A stretch of 54,665 nucleotides of DNA from an uncultured Verrucomicrobiae bacterium (GCA_963788655.1 CAWBHS010000035.1:1-54665); one strand, 5' to 3'. Shown: positions 40,776 to 52,571, numbered from the stretch's first letter. Notes: generated by a model not told the origin, from the sequence alone. Made by a program: numbers and translations.

Positions 40776-40842
40776 GGAGCGCGGATGCCTTCATCCGCGC
40801 GAACGTCGCCGGTGATCGCGCGGATGAAGGCATCCGCGCTCC
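40776..40842. repeat. REPIN with perfect 27-bp inverted arms (GGAGCGCGG family)
   Basis: GGAGCGCGGATGCCTTCATCCGCGCGA at 40776-40802 and its exact reverse complement at 40816-40842. Confidence 0.8.
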
Positions 40843-40857
40843 GTGCAACCGAACATG

Positions 40858-40951
40858 TTGGAGTGAGCCGCTTCCAATCTGGTTGCTTACGGCGCGCTTG
40901 TCCGGGCATTGGTTTAATTGAAAGCGGGAGCAAGCTCCGCGCACTCCAAAC
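40858..40951. repeat. GGAGTG...AAAGCGG...CACTCCAAA-type repeat
   Basis: TTGGAGTG at ~40858 and AAAGCGGGAGCAAGCTCCGCGCACTCCAAA at 40921-40950. Confidence 0.5.
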
Positions 40952-41100
40952 GCTGGCGCGACGGACGGCTGGCCTCCCGGCGTCCTGCCCGGTATCCTGC
41001 CGGCAGATCGCACGGAGCCAGGCGTTTCTAAATGGAGGCAGAGATACGTAGGTTTCTGGGGTATTCGGTTTCTGCCGACGGGACGCCGTCAGCACGTTGC

Positions 41101-41137
41101 AAAACAAACAAGCCGCTTCGTAAAACGAAGCGGCTTG
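41101..41137 (-). terminator. Intrinsic terminator of the lactonase gene
   Basis: Perfect 12-bp stem CAAGCCGCTTCG / CGAAGCGGCTTG; the A-run at 41101-41108 is a U-tail on the minus strand. Confidence 0.8.
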
Positions 41138-41184
41138 GTGGATGCTTTAGTTCCCCATTGGGTTCCTACTGTGGCAGCTTTGGT

Positions 41185-42336
41185 TTAGTAAGCCGCGAGT
41201 CCGTTGGCCGTGGCAGGAAGACCGGTCAGAACCGGCAAGGCTTCGAGGTTGCCCTGTTTGTCGAGACGGAACGTGCTGATGGTGGCATTGCCACCGTTGA
41301 GGCTGAACAGGAACCGCCCATCGTGACTGATCGCCATGTCAATTGGTTTGCTGTCCATACCGGTTTCGCCACTGCGGCCGTCCGGAGCCAGTAACGACAG
41401 TTGACCGCAACGTCCCACTTCGTAGCCGGAAATCGAGCCGCTCCCGGCGTTCGTGGTGTAAACATATTTCCCATCTTTGGTAACCACAATCCAACAGGCG
41501 GCGGTTTGGGTGGTGGGGGCACTGGCGTCGAGCACAATCAAATCACCGCAAGGGGTTAACCAATACGACGAAACCGAACTGGCCCCATCGGCACCACCGG
41601 CAGCTTCCGAGACGTACAGTTGGCCGTGCTTGCCGAAGGCAAAACCAAACGGTGTGGGGCCTGCCGACGCAAAGAGCTTATGTTCCATTGACAGCCCATC
41701 TTCATCCAGCACATACAGGCCAAGCGAATCGGTGGCTTTTTCGGTTACCACCAACACATCGCCGTGCTCGTTGAACGAGATTTGCGCCGGACCGGTGTTG
41801 TCGGTGCTCAAGGGCCGCGTCGAGCCGGCCAGCGGATACAAATGGCCGTGCTTCGACAGGCGGAACCCCGCAATGTTGTCCATGTCACCCACCGCCCCGC
41901 CGGCGTTCAGGACATACACCAAATCCTTGTGCGCGGTGACACTGATCGGGTTCTTTCCGCCGGAGGGCACCTTGTCCACCAGCTTGAGCCCGTGCTTGGT
42001 CATTTCGAGCACGGACACGTCATCGCTGCCGGCGTTTACGACCAACAGCAGGTCGTCGTGCAGGACCAATCCTCCTTGATTGCCGAGCCCGGCGCTGGTG
42101 CCCAGGCCCCCGGTGGCGACCGGATCGCCCGGGATCAATTGACCTTTGTGGTTGCGGTAAAAGACCAGGATGTGATTGCCCTGGTCGCTGTTGTCCATCG
42201 TGAATACGACACCCCGGTAGTCGGCCTTGGGGTTGCCATGGGCCATAGCCATGGAGGATAATCCGGCCAGACCGAGACTGAGGGCGCACAAGGCGAGTGT
42301 ATTTTTCAAGGATCGTGTTTTCATCTTCATTTCCAT
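41185..42336 (-). CDS. Secreted lactonase-family (6-phosphogluconolactonase-like) 7-blade beta-propeller
   Basis: Signal peptide, VNAGSDDVS, SGGKNPIS, GPTPFGF, AACWIV, DMAISHDGRFL. Confidence 0.85.
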   Translation of the reverse strand: MEMKMKTRSLKNTLALCALSLGLAGLSSMAMAHGNPKADYRGVVFTMDNSDQGNHILVFYRNHKGQLIPGDPVATGGLGTSAGLGNQGGLVLHDDLLLVVNAGSDDVSVLEMTKHGLKLVDKVPSGGKNPISVTAHKDLVYVLNAGGAVGDMDNIAGFRLSKHGHLYPLAGSTRPLSTDNTGPAQISFNEHGDVLVVTEKATDSLGLYVLDEDGLSMEHKLFASAGPTPFGFAFGKHGQLYVSEAAGGADGASSVSSYWLTPCGDLIVLDASAPTTQTAACWIVVTKDGKYVYTTNAGSGSISGYEVGRCGQLSLLAPDGRSGETGMDSKPIDMAISHDGRFLFSLNGGNATISTFRLDKQGNLEALPVLTGLPATANGLAAY

Positions 42337-42830
42337 AATTTAGTCGTTAACGGTTTTTTGGTTGTTATTCAGCAATGCGCCTCGCCGGTTGGCGAAGCGC
42401 TGGTTTAGGCGCGGCCGGCGAAATTGCCAACGGCCCCGCTATTCAACCACGCGACTGCAAAGTCGAAGCAGGGGGTGGAATCCTTACAATAAACTTTCGA
42501 GTATGTAGGGGTGGAGCCCGGGGCGAGGTTGCCGAAGTGGAGTTTGATCTGGGGGCTTCCGGCATGAATGTTTGAAGTATTTGGGGCGGTGCGAGCAAAG
42601 CGTGGCCGGCGTTCCTGACTGTTCCGGACAGCTCAAACCGAGATGAAATCGGCGTCGAAAGAGGAACGACATCGAAGATGGCACGTAAATGAAGGACAGA
42701 ATGATTTCTCCCCAGTGTTTCCGTGCCTGGGTGTTTCGAAAGCGGCGTGCTGAACCCAAAGAAAACAGGCGCAAGCTCCCCGCACCAAACGCTTCGTGAC
42801 GTTCGGGTCAAAGCAGCGTGGCCGCTCCTG

Positions 42831-43121
42831 CTATTCCGTAGCGGTGGGGTCTGCGGGCGGGGTCGGATGCTCCTTCATCGCTATATCCAATTGCTGTTGC
42901 ATCCGCGTTTTGGCTTCGGAGGAAAGAGCGTCGCTGGTTGCTTGGTTTAACTTGCCGGCGTATTGCCGGGCCGCTTCCCGCAAGAACCGCACCTGGGCCG
43001 CGTAGCGCCGGCACCACACGCAATAAAGCAAGTGCAGCCGTATGCCCCAGCGTTGGTACCAACGCAGTTTCTCATCCATCGATTGTGAAACCAAGTGAAC
43101 AACTTGACGGCAATTCAACAT
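42831..43121 (-). CDS. Soluble zf-HC2 (ZAS) anti-sigma factor
   Basis: MLNC..HLLYCVWC (HxxxCxxC); no TM helix. Confidence 0.88.
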   Translation of the reverse strand: MLNCRQVVHLVSQSMDEKLRWYQRWGIRLHLLYCVWCRRYAAQVRFLREAARQYAGKLNQATSDALSSEAKTRMQQQLDIAMKEHPTPPADPTATE

Positions 43122-43180
43122 GACTATGAACCCTAATTACCCAACCTAAAACCCAATGTCCAGGCAGACTCGCCCGCTGC

Positions 43181-43837
43181 TCATGGCTGCCGCCGCCCAA
43201 ACCAATGCACTTCCAGGCAGCGCCGCAACGCCAGTCGGGCGCGATGCAACATCACCCACAGATTGTTCGCAGACACCTTCAATTCCTTACAAATTTCTGC
43301 GGAAGGCACCTCATCCATTTCTCGCCGCAGGAAGACTTGCCCGATCTTTTCCGGCAGTCGCGACACACAGTCGTGGAACACGCGCCAGAATTCTTGCATC
43401 ACCAGGCTTTCATCCGGCGAAGGCCATGATTTTGGCCCAAGCCGCTTAATCCAGCCATCTTTGCCCAGGCCGTGGGTGTGAAAACAGGCGTCTTCCTCTT
43501 CGCTCAACGATTCTACGTCTGCCAGTGGTTTCTCTCGAGTTTGCTGACGATAGTAATCGACGAGCTTGTTGCGCAGGATGCCAAACAACCACGCTCGCTC
43601 TGAGGACCGTCCGGCAAAACGGTCAAGGGAACCGAGGGCAGCCAGGAACGTTTCCTGGACCAAATCTTCCGCGATGCTTCGGTCGCGCACGCGGGTCAGG
43701 ACAAAACGGAAGAGCGCATCACCGTGTTCCGCCACCCAGCGCTGCGGATCAAGGGACACCGTTGGTTCCGGCGCTGGTTTGGCGTCCGGCGCCAACGCCG
43801 CTGCCGGCGTGTTTGGTTCGTCCATCTTTTTCGGCAT
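43181..43837 (-). CDS. ECF sigma-70 factor
   Basis: AEDLVQETFLAA..WLFGILRNKLVDYYR (region 2); EICKEL..NLWVMLHRARLALR (region 4). Confidence 0.93.
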   Translation of the reverse strand: MPKKMDEPNTPAAALAPDAKPAPEPTVSLDPQRWVAEHGDALFRFVLTRVRDRSIAEDLVQETFLAALGSLDRFAGRSSERAWLFGILRNKLVDYYRQQTREKPLADVESLSEEEDACFHTHGLGKDGWIKRLGPKSWPSPDESLVMQEFWRVFHDCVSRLPEKIGQVFLRREMDEVPSAEICKELKVSANNLWVMLHRARLALRRCLEVHWFGRRQP

Positions 43838-43952
43838 TCGTTGTTGGAACAAGTGTTATCAGAAAAACGCCTAAACCGCAAATGGTGGTTGGTGCCGGTA
43901 TGGGGGTACATCTACCTGATAATTCACCCTGAGCTTAAAACACGGACCGCCT

Positions 43953-44022
43953 GTAGCCGCCGACGTGCGGAGGCGGAGCATTGGAAGAGGTATCCGGTCC
44001 GCCTCCTTACGTCGTCGGCTAG
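43953..44022. repeat. REPIN, GTAGCCGCCGACGT family
   Basis: GTAGCCGCCGACGTGCGGAGGCGGA / TCCGCCTCCTTACGTCGTCGGCTA. Confidence 0.72.
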
Positions 44023-44313
44023 AACGAGCGTGAAATGTTCGAACTAACGCCTCTCGGCCGGAACAGGACCAAGCGGGCGAAACTTTGCACGGTGACCGCC
44101 TGTTCCTTACTCGCAAATGATGCGCAACTTCGAGTAACCAAAGTAGGTCAAAGGAATTGCCGCCAGGCGTAACGCGAAACTAAGTTCTATCGTATTGCGG
44201 ACTTCCAGTTCGCAACTTCCTGCCTTCGAATCTCGGATTTCGGCCTTGGGTTTCCTCCCTTGCTCTTCACAATTTTGTCGCGGTACGATGAGCTGTTGTG
44301 TAATCTCTACCGC

Positions 44314-45834
44314 ATGAAACAAACAACGTCCATGTTGTTGAAAACGCTATTTCCCCTTGCCCTGGTTGTTTACCTCTTCGCCGGCAGTTGGACAACCATG
44401 GCGGCCAAGGCCAAAGCCGGCCGTCCCAACGTGCTGTTTATCCTGACCGATGACCAGCGCTGGGATGCCATGAGTTGCGCCGGCAATCCGTATTTGAAGA
44501 CGCCCAATATCGACCGGCTGGCTCACGAAGGCATTTTGTTCAAGAACACGTTTTGCACCACATCGCTCTGTTCGCCCAGCCGGGCTTCGATCCTGAGCGG
44601 TTTGTATGCGCACAGCCATGGGGTGGTGAACAATTTCACCGAGTACCCGACCAACCTGGCCAGTTTCCCGCGAAACCTCCAACTGGCGGGCTACGAAACC
44701 GCTTACATCGGCAAGTGGCACATGGGCGAGAACAACGACAAGAAACGCCCTGGGTTCGATTACTTTGTTACGCACAAAGGGCAGGGCAAATATTATGACA
44801 CCGAGTTCAATGTGGACGGCACGCGCAAAGTGTTGCCCGGTTACTACACGCACGTGGTCACGGGTCTGGCGGAGGACTGGCTCAAGCGCCCGCGTAACCG
44901 GCCCTGGTTGTTGATGCTTGGTCATAAGGCTCCGCACAGCTTTTACATTCCCGAGCCGAAATACTCGAACATCTTTGACAACGTGAAGATCGAGTATCCG
45001 GACACTGCCTTTCAACTGAACGACAAACCGGTCTGGATCAAGAAACGCCTCTACACCTGGCACGGCATTTACGGGCCGTTGTTTGATTGGCGGAAGAAGT
45101 TCCCGGATGACCGTCCCGAGGCCGTCAAAGATTTTGCCGCGATGACCCGCGCCTATTGGGGTACGATCAAGAGCGTGGACGACAGCGTGGGCCAACTCTA
45201 TCAGACGTTGAAGGAAATGGGGCAGCTCGACAACACGCTCATCGTTTTGATGGGCGACAACGGTCTGCTTAATGGCGAGCACGGGATGGTCGATAAGCGC
45301 ACGATGCACGAGCCCAGCATTCGCCTGCCGCTCGTGGTGCGGTATCCGGGCTTGACGCCGCCGGACCAACCGAAGGTCATCGAGCAACAAGTGCTGACCA
45401 TCGACATGGCCCCCAGCATCCTGGACGTCTGCGGTGCGCCCAAACTCAAACACATTCAGGGAAAATCCTGGAAGAAGCTCGTGCAAGAAGGCGACAAGTC
45501 ATGGCGCACCGCGTGGTTCTACGAATACAATTACGAGAAGCAATTCCCCTACACACCCAACGTGCGCGGCATTCGCACCGACGAATGGAAATACATGCAC
45601 TATCCGCATGGCGACGGAAGTCCGGACCAGTATAAGGCGGAGCTTTACAACATCAAGAACGACCCCGACGAGCGCCACAACCTCATCGACGACCCGCAAT
45701 ACGCTGGCACGGTGAAGGACCTGCAAAAGCAACTGGCGAAATTGATGAAGCAGACCGGGCTGACTCCCAAGACCGACAAAATGCCGCTCGACGAAGGCAT
45801 CAAAACCGAATTGCCGGACGAGAAGATCCGTTAG
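44314..45834 (+). CDS. Formylglycine-dependent sulfatase (S1 family), secreted
   Basis: [36 protein letters not shown]. Confidence 0.95.
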   Translation: MKQTTSMLLKTLFPLALVVYLFAGSWTTMAAKAKAGRPNVLFILTDDQRWDAMSCAGNPYLKTPNIDRLAHEGILFKNTFCTTSLCSPSRASILSGLYAHSHGVVNNFTEYPTNLASFPRNLQLAGYETAYIGKWHMGENNDKKRPGFDYFVTHKGQGKYYDTEFNVDGTRKVLPGYYTHVVTGLAEDWLKRPRNRPWLLMLGHKAPHSFYIPEPKYSNIFDNVKIEYPDTAFQLNDKPVWIKKRLYTWHGIYGPLFDWRKKFPDDRPEAVKDFAAMTRAYWGTIKSVDDSVGQLYQTLKEMGQLDNTLIVLMGDNGLLNGEHGMVDKRTMHEPSIRLPLVVRYPGLTPPDQPKVIEQQVLTIDMAPSILDVCGAPKLKHIQGKSWKKLVQEGDKSWRTAWFYEYNYEKQFPYTPNVRGIRTDEWKYMHYPHGDGSPDQYKAELYNIKNDPDERHNLIDDPQYAGTVKDLQKQLAKLMKQTGLTPKTDKMPLDEGIKTELPDEKIR

Positions 45835-45841
45835 CAGTCAA

Positions 45842-45917
45842 GTAGCAGCCGACGTCAGGAGACCCTGACATCGCTCTTGGTTTCGGAAAGAATGAGCCTC
45901 GTTACCTCGGCTGCTAC
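45842..45917. repeat. REPIN, GTAGCAGCCGACGT family
   Basis: GTAGCAGCCGACGTCAGGAG / CTCGTTACCTCGGCTGCTAC. Confidence 0.7.
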
Positions 45918-45944
45918 CACTGGACATGCGGTTTAATCGCAGAA

Positions 45945-48138
45945 TCAGTGCGCGCGTTCGGGCTTCCAGCGGAACATCAAGACTTTGGCTTTGTAGTCGT
46001 CTTCGAGGAATACGAGGTATTCGCCGTTGGCGCGGCGATGGGCGCGCAAGCATTCGCGAATGTCCTGCAAGCCGATTTCACCAACGGCTTCGTTCGGTTC
46101 CAAATGGCCCACTGATGCGCCATCCGAGGTGCTAAAGATTTCAACTCGCCCGGTTTTGACGCCGTCCGCTTTGGACGCGCCGGTGTAGGGCACGAAAAGA
46201 TAATCACCCGCCACGTCGAATCCCATCGGTTCGCACGAGGTATGGCCGCTCGAGCCAGCGGCGTACGGTGTCACGATTTTCCAGCGCAGCGCGCGGCGGC
46301 CATGGAGCCAACCGTCGTAGCGCGCGATGACCGGCCCCATTGGTTTCCAATGCTGATTGCGGTGCTCGTCCGTGGTGCCGCCGAGGAACATCGTGTCGGT
46401 GACTGGATCGTAGCGCAGACGCTTCACATGTTTGAACTCGACCGGGTGCCGGAAGACCTTCAGGTTCGCCGCAGGCCAGCGAGGATTGCCGTTCGCGTCC
46501 AGACCTTGCACGGGGAAGCAACGCACGCCCCGCGTTTCCGTGGCCACCCATATCGTGCCGGCACTGTCCACCCACCAGCCTTGATAAGCCGGAGCGTCTG
46601 TTGTTTCTCCTTCGAACTCGTCTGCGTCAAAGGTGCCGTTGCCGTTCGTGTCATGCCAGTTCCAGGCACCTTGTGCTGGTTGATGTGGGGGCCAGCCATC
46701 GGATTCCTTGAGGTGCCGGCCTGCGAAGAGCGCCGAAGGAATGGCGATTTCACCGTCGGTGTCGGGAGCAAAACGATAGACCTGCAACTGTTGGCCGTTC
46801 ATGTCGTTCACAAACAGAAACCGTTTGCCTTCGATCCGTCGCACCCAGGCACCCGCCGACCAGATGTGCAGCCGGGGATCCTGCGGATACTTGAAGCGTT
46901 GGATGGTGTAGCCGGCGTAACGCCACTCGTGCCCCGCGGGTTTGGAGTAATCGAGGGTGAAACGTTCTTCCTTGGTGAATACTTGCGTGTCGTCGGCGGG
47001 ATCAATATCGGCCATATCGACAAATGTCAGGCCTGCCAGTCGCCAGTTGAGTTGGCCACCAGGTTGATAGCTCTCCAGGACGGTGCCGCCCCCGCCACTT
47101 TGACCATCGTGGGCGACGTAAATGTTGCCTTGGCTGTCGCAGCCGATTGCCGTGACATGATTGAACTTCCGGTCGCCAGTTACACCGGGCGTGTCGGCGT
47201 AAATGCCGCCGGGTTTGCCAAACGTTCCCGCCTCGCGCAGACCGTTGTCCGTGACCGTGTAGATGCGAATTTGCTGCGCCGGACTATCATCCGCCACCAG
47301 TACTCCACCATCAGGCGCAAAGCAAAAGGCCAGCGGAACCACCGTGCCCGGAAATGTGAACGCGGGCGCCAGTTCTTTGCCTTGGACGCTGAACTGCACC
47401 AAGCGCGCCGGGGCGGTGTCGGATTTTCGTTGTAGCATCCACACGCTTCCGGAAGGGCTCGAATGCCAACGGCCCAGTGCGCTCCACGGGCCAACTGCTC
47501 ACCAACTCCATGGAGCCCGTGTCATACACCTTGATTTGCGAAGCGTGCGGATCGGCGACATAAAGCCGTGTTTCATTGGCGCACAAACCGGGGATTGGGC
47601 CCTTGGTGCCATCCGGCACTTCGGCGACGACCAGAAACGAATCCTTCAGCGTATCGCCTTTGCCGCCTTTGCCGCCGACAAACTGTGCCGCCTTGGAAAT
47701 GTCGGTCCGCCAGCGCCGCGAAACGCCAAACCATTTCAAACCTTTGACCGGCCAGGTGCCGGGATCTTTCAAGCCGCCGCTTTCGTTGTGGACCTGCATG
47801 CCAATGAAGACATACTTCGAGTTGGCCGCAATGGCTTCACCGCCGAGGTTGCCCCAGCCGTGTGTGTGCCGCGCGTAACGGATCAACTTGCCATCGCGAT
47901 ATTCACCGACGTTGCCCCCGCCTTCCTCCCATTCGACGTTGCTGAAAACCGTGCCGTCCGGAGCAACGGTTAGAGCGCGAATGTCCTGCTGAACCCACTT
48001 CTGCGCGCCGGGATAGGCGTTGCCGATCCACGAAGTCACGCACTCGAGACGCGGACTGGTAAAGGCTGTCGTGGGAGCAGCCAGTGCGGCGCCCGTTGCC
48101 GCGACAAATAGAGCGATGAGAAGACAAATCTGTTGCAT
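45945..48138 (-). CDS. Secreted NHL/beta-propeller-like protein (frameshift ~47450 joins ORFs 47311..48138 and 45945..47444)
   Basis: Signal peptide, SWIGN, LYVAD, FGKPGG..IGCDSQGNIYV, DTNGNG, FLEDD. Confidence 0.65.
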
Positions 48139-48224
48139 CGGAAATCAGACGCGGGCGTGCCGACGGGCATTCATCAACACGCTCCGATTGGCGGTCACAC
48201 CATTCGCTTTCTTCGCCATCGCGC

Positions 48225-48314
48225 GGTGGGGCGCGCAGTCCCCTGCGCGCCTGCGCACGCGGACGAACGTGTCAGGAGCATCCGGCCGGCGCGCACAGCG
48301 TGACGCGCCCTACC
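48225..48314. repeat. REPIN, GT(A/G)GGGCGCG family
   Basis: GGTGGGGCGCGCAGTCCCCTGCGCGCC / GGCGCGCACAGCGTGACGCGCCCTACC. Confidence 0.7.
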
Positions 48315-48333
48315 TTCCGTCGATTGTGACCCG

Positions 48334-51300
48334 TCAACGTTTACTCGCGAATGCGTATTTGCCGGAGCCGATTTCGAACACCGCCTGATCACCTTCCTGC
48401 CGGAGGAATTTCACACCTTTGGCCTGGGTGGCAGGTTTACCGCTCTCAGTCACGCTGGCTACTGACGTTGCTGGCACATAAACCGTGGCGGTGCAATTGC
48501 CCGGCACAGTGACTTCAAGATTGAAACGGCCATTGTCCAGTTTCCAGTCGCTGGCGATCCGGCCGCGGATCGAATTGTAGGCCGCCTTGACCCAACTAAA
48601 ACCAACGTTGGGCGCCACAATCTCCGGGCGAATGGTAATGCGTTTAAAACCTGGGCCGTCGGTGTCAATGCCGGCGGCTTGGGTGAACAGCCATTCACTC
48701 ACACAGCCGAGCCAGTAGTGGTTGAAGGAGTTCATGCCCGGATCCTGGAAGCCTTTGTCCGGCCGCCAACCGTCCCACCGTTCCCACATCGTGGTGGAGC
48801 CCCAGAGGACTTGCTGCAACCAGGACGGGTAGGTTTTGTTCAGCACCAGTTTGTAGGCCAGTTCCGGATGCCCGGCTTTTTGGAGCGCGAACAAAACAAA
48901 GGGCGTTCCCAGAAATCCGGTCGCCAGATGATCGTTTTGTTGCTTGAGTTGAGCGACGAATTGGTCCGCCACCTTGGACTTGAGGCTGTCCGGGACGAGA
49001 TCGAGGCCGAACGCCACCGCATAGAAAGTTTGCCCCGTCTCATTCTTGCCATCCAGAATTTGGCCGTCGGGTTTGATGAAGTTCTGCCGAAACGTCCACC
49101 GGATGTTCTCGGCCAGTTGGTGGAATTGGCGAACGTCGTCCGTTTTGCCCAACGCCCGGGCAATGCCCTCCATCAAATGGGCGGTGTAATAGTAGTAAGC
49201 CGTGCCGATCACGTCCGAATGTTGGGGGCCAGCCAACCGCAGCCAATCGCCGTAAGCACCGGTGCCGCGCACGAAGTTCTTGCTGGTCTTGGCCAAGTAG
49301 CCCATGTGGCGGACCAGCGCGGGGTAATGCTCTTTGAGCACGCGTTTGTCGCCGTACATCTCATACATCCGCCAGTTGCAGACCGGCCCGGCATCGGTCC
49401 AGCCGGTGTTGCCATAGCTGACGATGCTGATATGCGGCGCCACGTCGCCGAACGCGCCGTCGTCGCGTTGGGAATCCTCGCACAGGTCCATCAGCCATTT
49501 GGTGTAGAATCCGGGCGCGTCCATGTTGAAGCAAGCCGTCTTCATGAACACTTCGGCATCGCCGGTCCAGCCGGCCCGCTCGTCGCGTTGCGGACAATCG
49601 GTGGGCACGTCGAGGAAGTTACCTTTCTGGCCCCAAAGCGAATTGAGCGTGAGCTTGTTGACCAGCGGATCCGAACATTCGAACCAACCCGCCCGCGGCA
49701 AATCCGAGTGCACCACAATGCCCGGTCACGTCACCCAGTTCCGGCCGGTAATTCAAGCCGGTCACCTCGACGTATTGAAAACCGTGGAAGGTGAAATACG
49801 GTTCGTAACTGCGCTTGCTTCCACCAGCGAGATAGTAAGTGTCCGTGGCCTTGGCGGCGCGCAGGTTCGTGGTGTAAATGGTGCCATCCGGATTCAGCAT
49901 TTCGGCGTGCCGCACCACGACTTTTTGGCCGGTCTCGCCGCGCGCTTGCAAACGCACCCAGCCCACCATGTTTTGTCCGAGATCGAAGACATACACGCCG
50001 GGTTTGGGTTCGCTGATCTTCTTGGCCGATACTTCTTCAATCCGCCGCATTGGTTCGCCCGGATGCGCTTCGAGGTTGGCTTTCACGGACGCATCCACAG
50101 TGGCGGCGTGCCATTGGGCGTCGCTGAATCCCGGCGCATCCCAGCCGGGCATTTCCTTGCGCGCATCGTAAATGCAGCCCATCAACAAATCGCCTTGGCG
50201 GATTGGGCCCATGGCGGCCTTCCAACTGCCGTCGGTCCCGATCACTTCCTTGGTGCCGTCGGCGTATTCGATCTGCATCTGCGCAATCAGCCGGGTCTGG
50301 TCGCCGTAGTAATGACGCTTGCCGGTGAAGGCCAGATACCCCGCATACCAGCCGTCGCCGAGAATGGCGCCCAACACGTTTTCGCCCTGGCGCAATTGCT
50401 TGGTCACGTCGTACCCGAGATAGTGAACGCGCTTGTGGTAGTCGGTCCAACCGGGCGACAGCACGTCGGTGTCTGTCGGTTTGCCATTGAGGTGCAATTC
50501 ATACACACCCAACGCCGAAGCAAACACCATGGCGCGTTTGACTGGCTTGCCGATGGTGAAAGACTTTCGGAACAACGGCGCTGGTTCCATGGTCGCCACG
50601 TCGGCTTTGATGTCGCCCCACGGTTGGGCGCCGAATTTGGCGATTGCCGTGGCGGGCTTCCAATCCGCGGCATCGTAGTCGGCCCAACTCCAGCGTTCGC
50701 CGGCAGTGCGGCTGGTTTGCCAGGAACTGTCGATGGGCAGGACCAACGGTTCGCCATCCTCGAACATGATCGCCAATCGGCCCACCAATCCGGCGGGGGT
50801 GGGGGAGTTGCCGCCATTCTCGGCTTCGACACCGATGGCGTTGGCACCGGGTTGAAGACGACCGGAGATCTCGGCGTTGATCAGGGTCTTCCAAGTCGTG
50901 CCCTGACCGGCCGGATGGCCGTTGACGAACAAACGAAAACCGTCGTCAGCGGTCAACCGGAACGTCGCTTGTTTCACGGTGCGGCCGGCCGGGATTTGAA
51001 AGACCTTGCGGAAATAGACCTTGCCGGCGGGTTGATTGCCGGCGCGGCTGCCGTTGGCCCACACCCATTGGTTTTCCTTCAGGCGCAAGAGCCGTTGCAT
51101 GGCTTGGGCGGTAGCGTCTCCGCCTTCGGCGACGGCTTCGAAACCAATCCATTTCGCCTGCCAATCGGCGGGTTGCAGCAGGCCCATGGTCCAATGCGCC
51201 GGTTTGCTCCACGCGGAGGCCGTGCCGCTTTGGTCCCACAGTTGCACCTTCCAAAAACACGGCTGGGCGGACGGCAAGGCCTTGCCGGCGTAGGCCACGT

Positions 51301-51616
51301 TGACGGATTGGTCCGAGGCCACTTTGCCGCTGTCCCACAAGTCGCCCTGTTCCTGCTCGAGTAACTCCGGGCGGCTGGCCACCAGCACGCGATAGGCTGA
51401 TTGGACCAGACCCCGCCGGCCCGATTCGCCTTGAACCACCCAACTCAATCGTGGCTGCGCCGCGTCCACGGCCTGGGGAGTTGCCGCGTATTCGCAGCGC
51501 AAGGCTGTGGCTTGAAAGCCGGAAGCGCCCATTGCGCTCCACGCCGACAAACTTATAATCGAACCGGTCACCAAGGACCATAACCAACCATTTGAAAAAA
51601 GCTTTGTATTCATCAT
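48334..51616 (-). CDS. GH78 alpha-L-rhamnosidase (frameshift ~49720)
   Basis: LWDSGKV, PGWTDY, FDLGQNMVG, FTFHGFQY, PTDCPQRDERAGWTGD, TTMWERW, MNSFNHY. Confidence 0.93.
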
Positions 51617-51688
51617 ATCTGTGATGGGTAAAACGTAGGGGATCAAGGTGGCCAATCCAAGAAAAACATAGCCGATGAATAGCCATTG

Positions 51689-51881
51689 AGCCGTGACTAT
51701 TCAGTAGGACGGGCGTCCCGCCTGTCTCGAACGACTGCAAACTATCGATTTGTACCGCGGCGTCGGAAGTCTCTCCAAGTCACCAAAAGGTGCGAATGCC
51801 TTTGGCAATTCGAGACAGGCGAGACGCCTGTCCTACCGCGCTGAATCGCGTCATTGCTGCTCCAGCTACTGAATGGATACG
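51689..51881. mobile_element. ~195-bp MITE-like element, copy 2
   Basis: Colinear with 28283-28478, with scattered substitutions; the right terminus is eroded. Confidence 0.75.
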
Positions 51882-51915
51882 AATGAACGACGTGCGTTCT
51901 GTCCTAACCAGCACT

Positions 51916-52464
51916 TCACTGGCTGGCATTGCTTCGGTTGGGCTCCGCGGAATCTTCGGGAGAAAGTGAGGCGATGGGCTGAGGGAACACCACTTCCGCG
52001 GACAGCTTGCGCCAATGAGGCGGCGCGGGGGAAGCGAATGGCGGCCAAAGCCAATTGTAAATGGTGAGCGAAATGCGCTTGGTCACCTGCTGAACTCGCC
52101 GCGACCCCAAACTGGGAACTTCGGTGCGCGCCCAGGGATCGCCAATTCCGAGCGGGAGTCGGCGTCTGAAGTAGTGGTAATTTAACACAAAGCGGCAGGC
52201 ATCGGCATCGGCCGGAAGGAGCAACGTGATCTGGTTGGTGCTCATCCGTTGGCCGCGAGCCGCCAGTCCGGGAGCTGTCCCCAGGTTTGGCATTTCCGTC
52301 CACTCGTTGGTGCATCTGGCTTCGACGACCGCATTAGTGTCGAAAGCAACACCGCGCGAACTACGATTCTGTACGCCCAAATCGACCAAGCACATCTCGA
52401 CGCCGCGAGCGTCCACGATGCCGGTCGGTTCCGCACGGAGTAATCGCAGCCGGCAGAACTTCAA
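51916..52464 (-). CDS. Hypothetical protein (start uncertain)
   Basis: ORF only; no motif recognised. Confidence 0.35.
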   Translation of the reverse strand: MKFCRLRLLRAEPTGIVDARGVEMCLVDLGVQNRSSRGVAFDTNAVVEARCTNEWTEMPNLGTAPGLAARGQRMSTNQITLLLPADADACRFVLNYHYFRRRLPLGIGDPWARTEVPSLGSRRVQQVTKRISLTIYNWLWPPFASPAPPHWRKLSAEVVFPQPIASLSPEDSAEPNRSNASQ

Positions 52465-52571
52465 GCCGCGGCTTCGGTTTCATAGGATAAGTCTCCCATC
52501 AATTCCAGCGGAATGCCGACGTGCGGCACGCAGCGTCCAGCAGACCAGACTTAGCCGGGCTCGCCGGTATT

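Noticed and set aside
40627..41013. N-terminal extension of ORF 39772..41013
   Set aside because: It runs through REP palindromes and non-coding sequence; the signal peptide lies far downstream.
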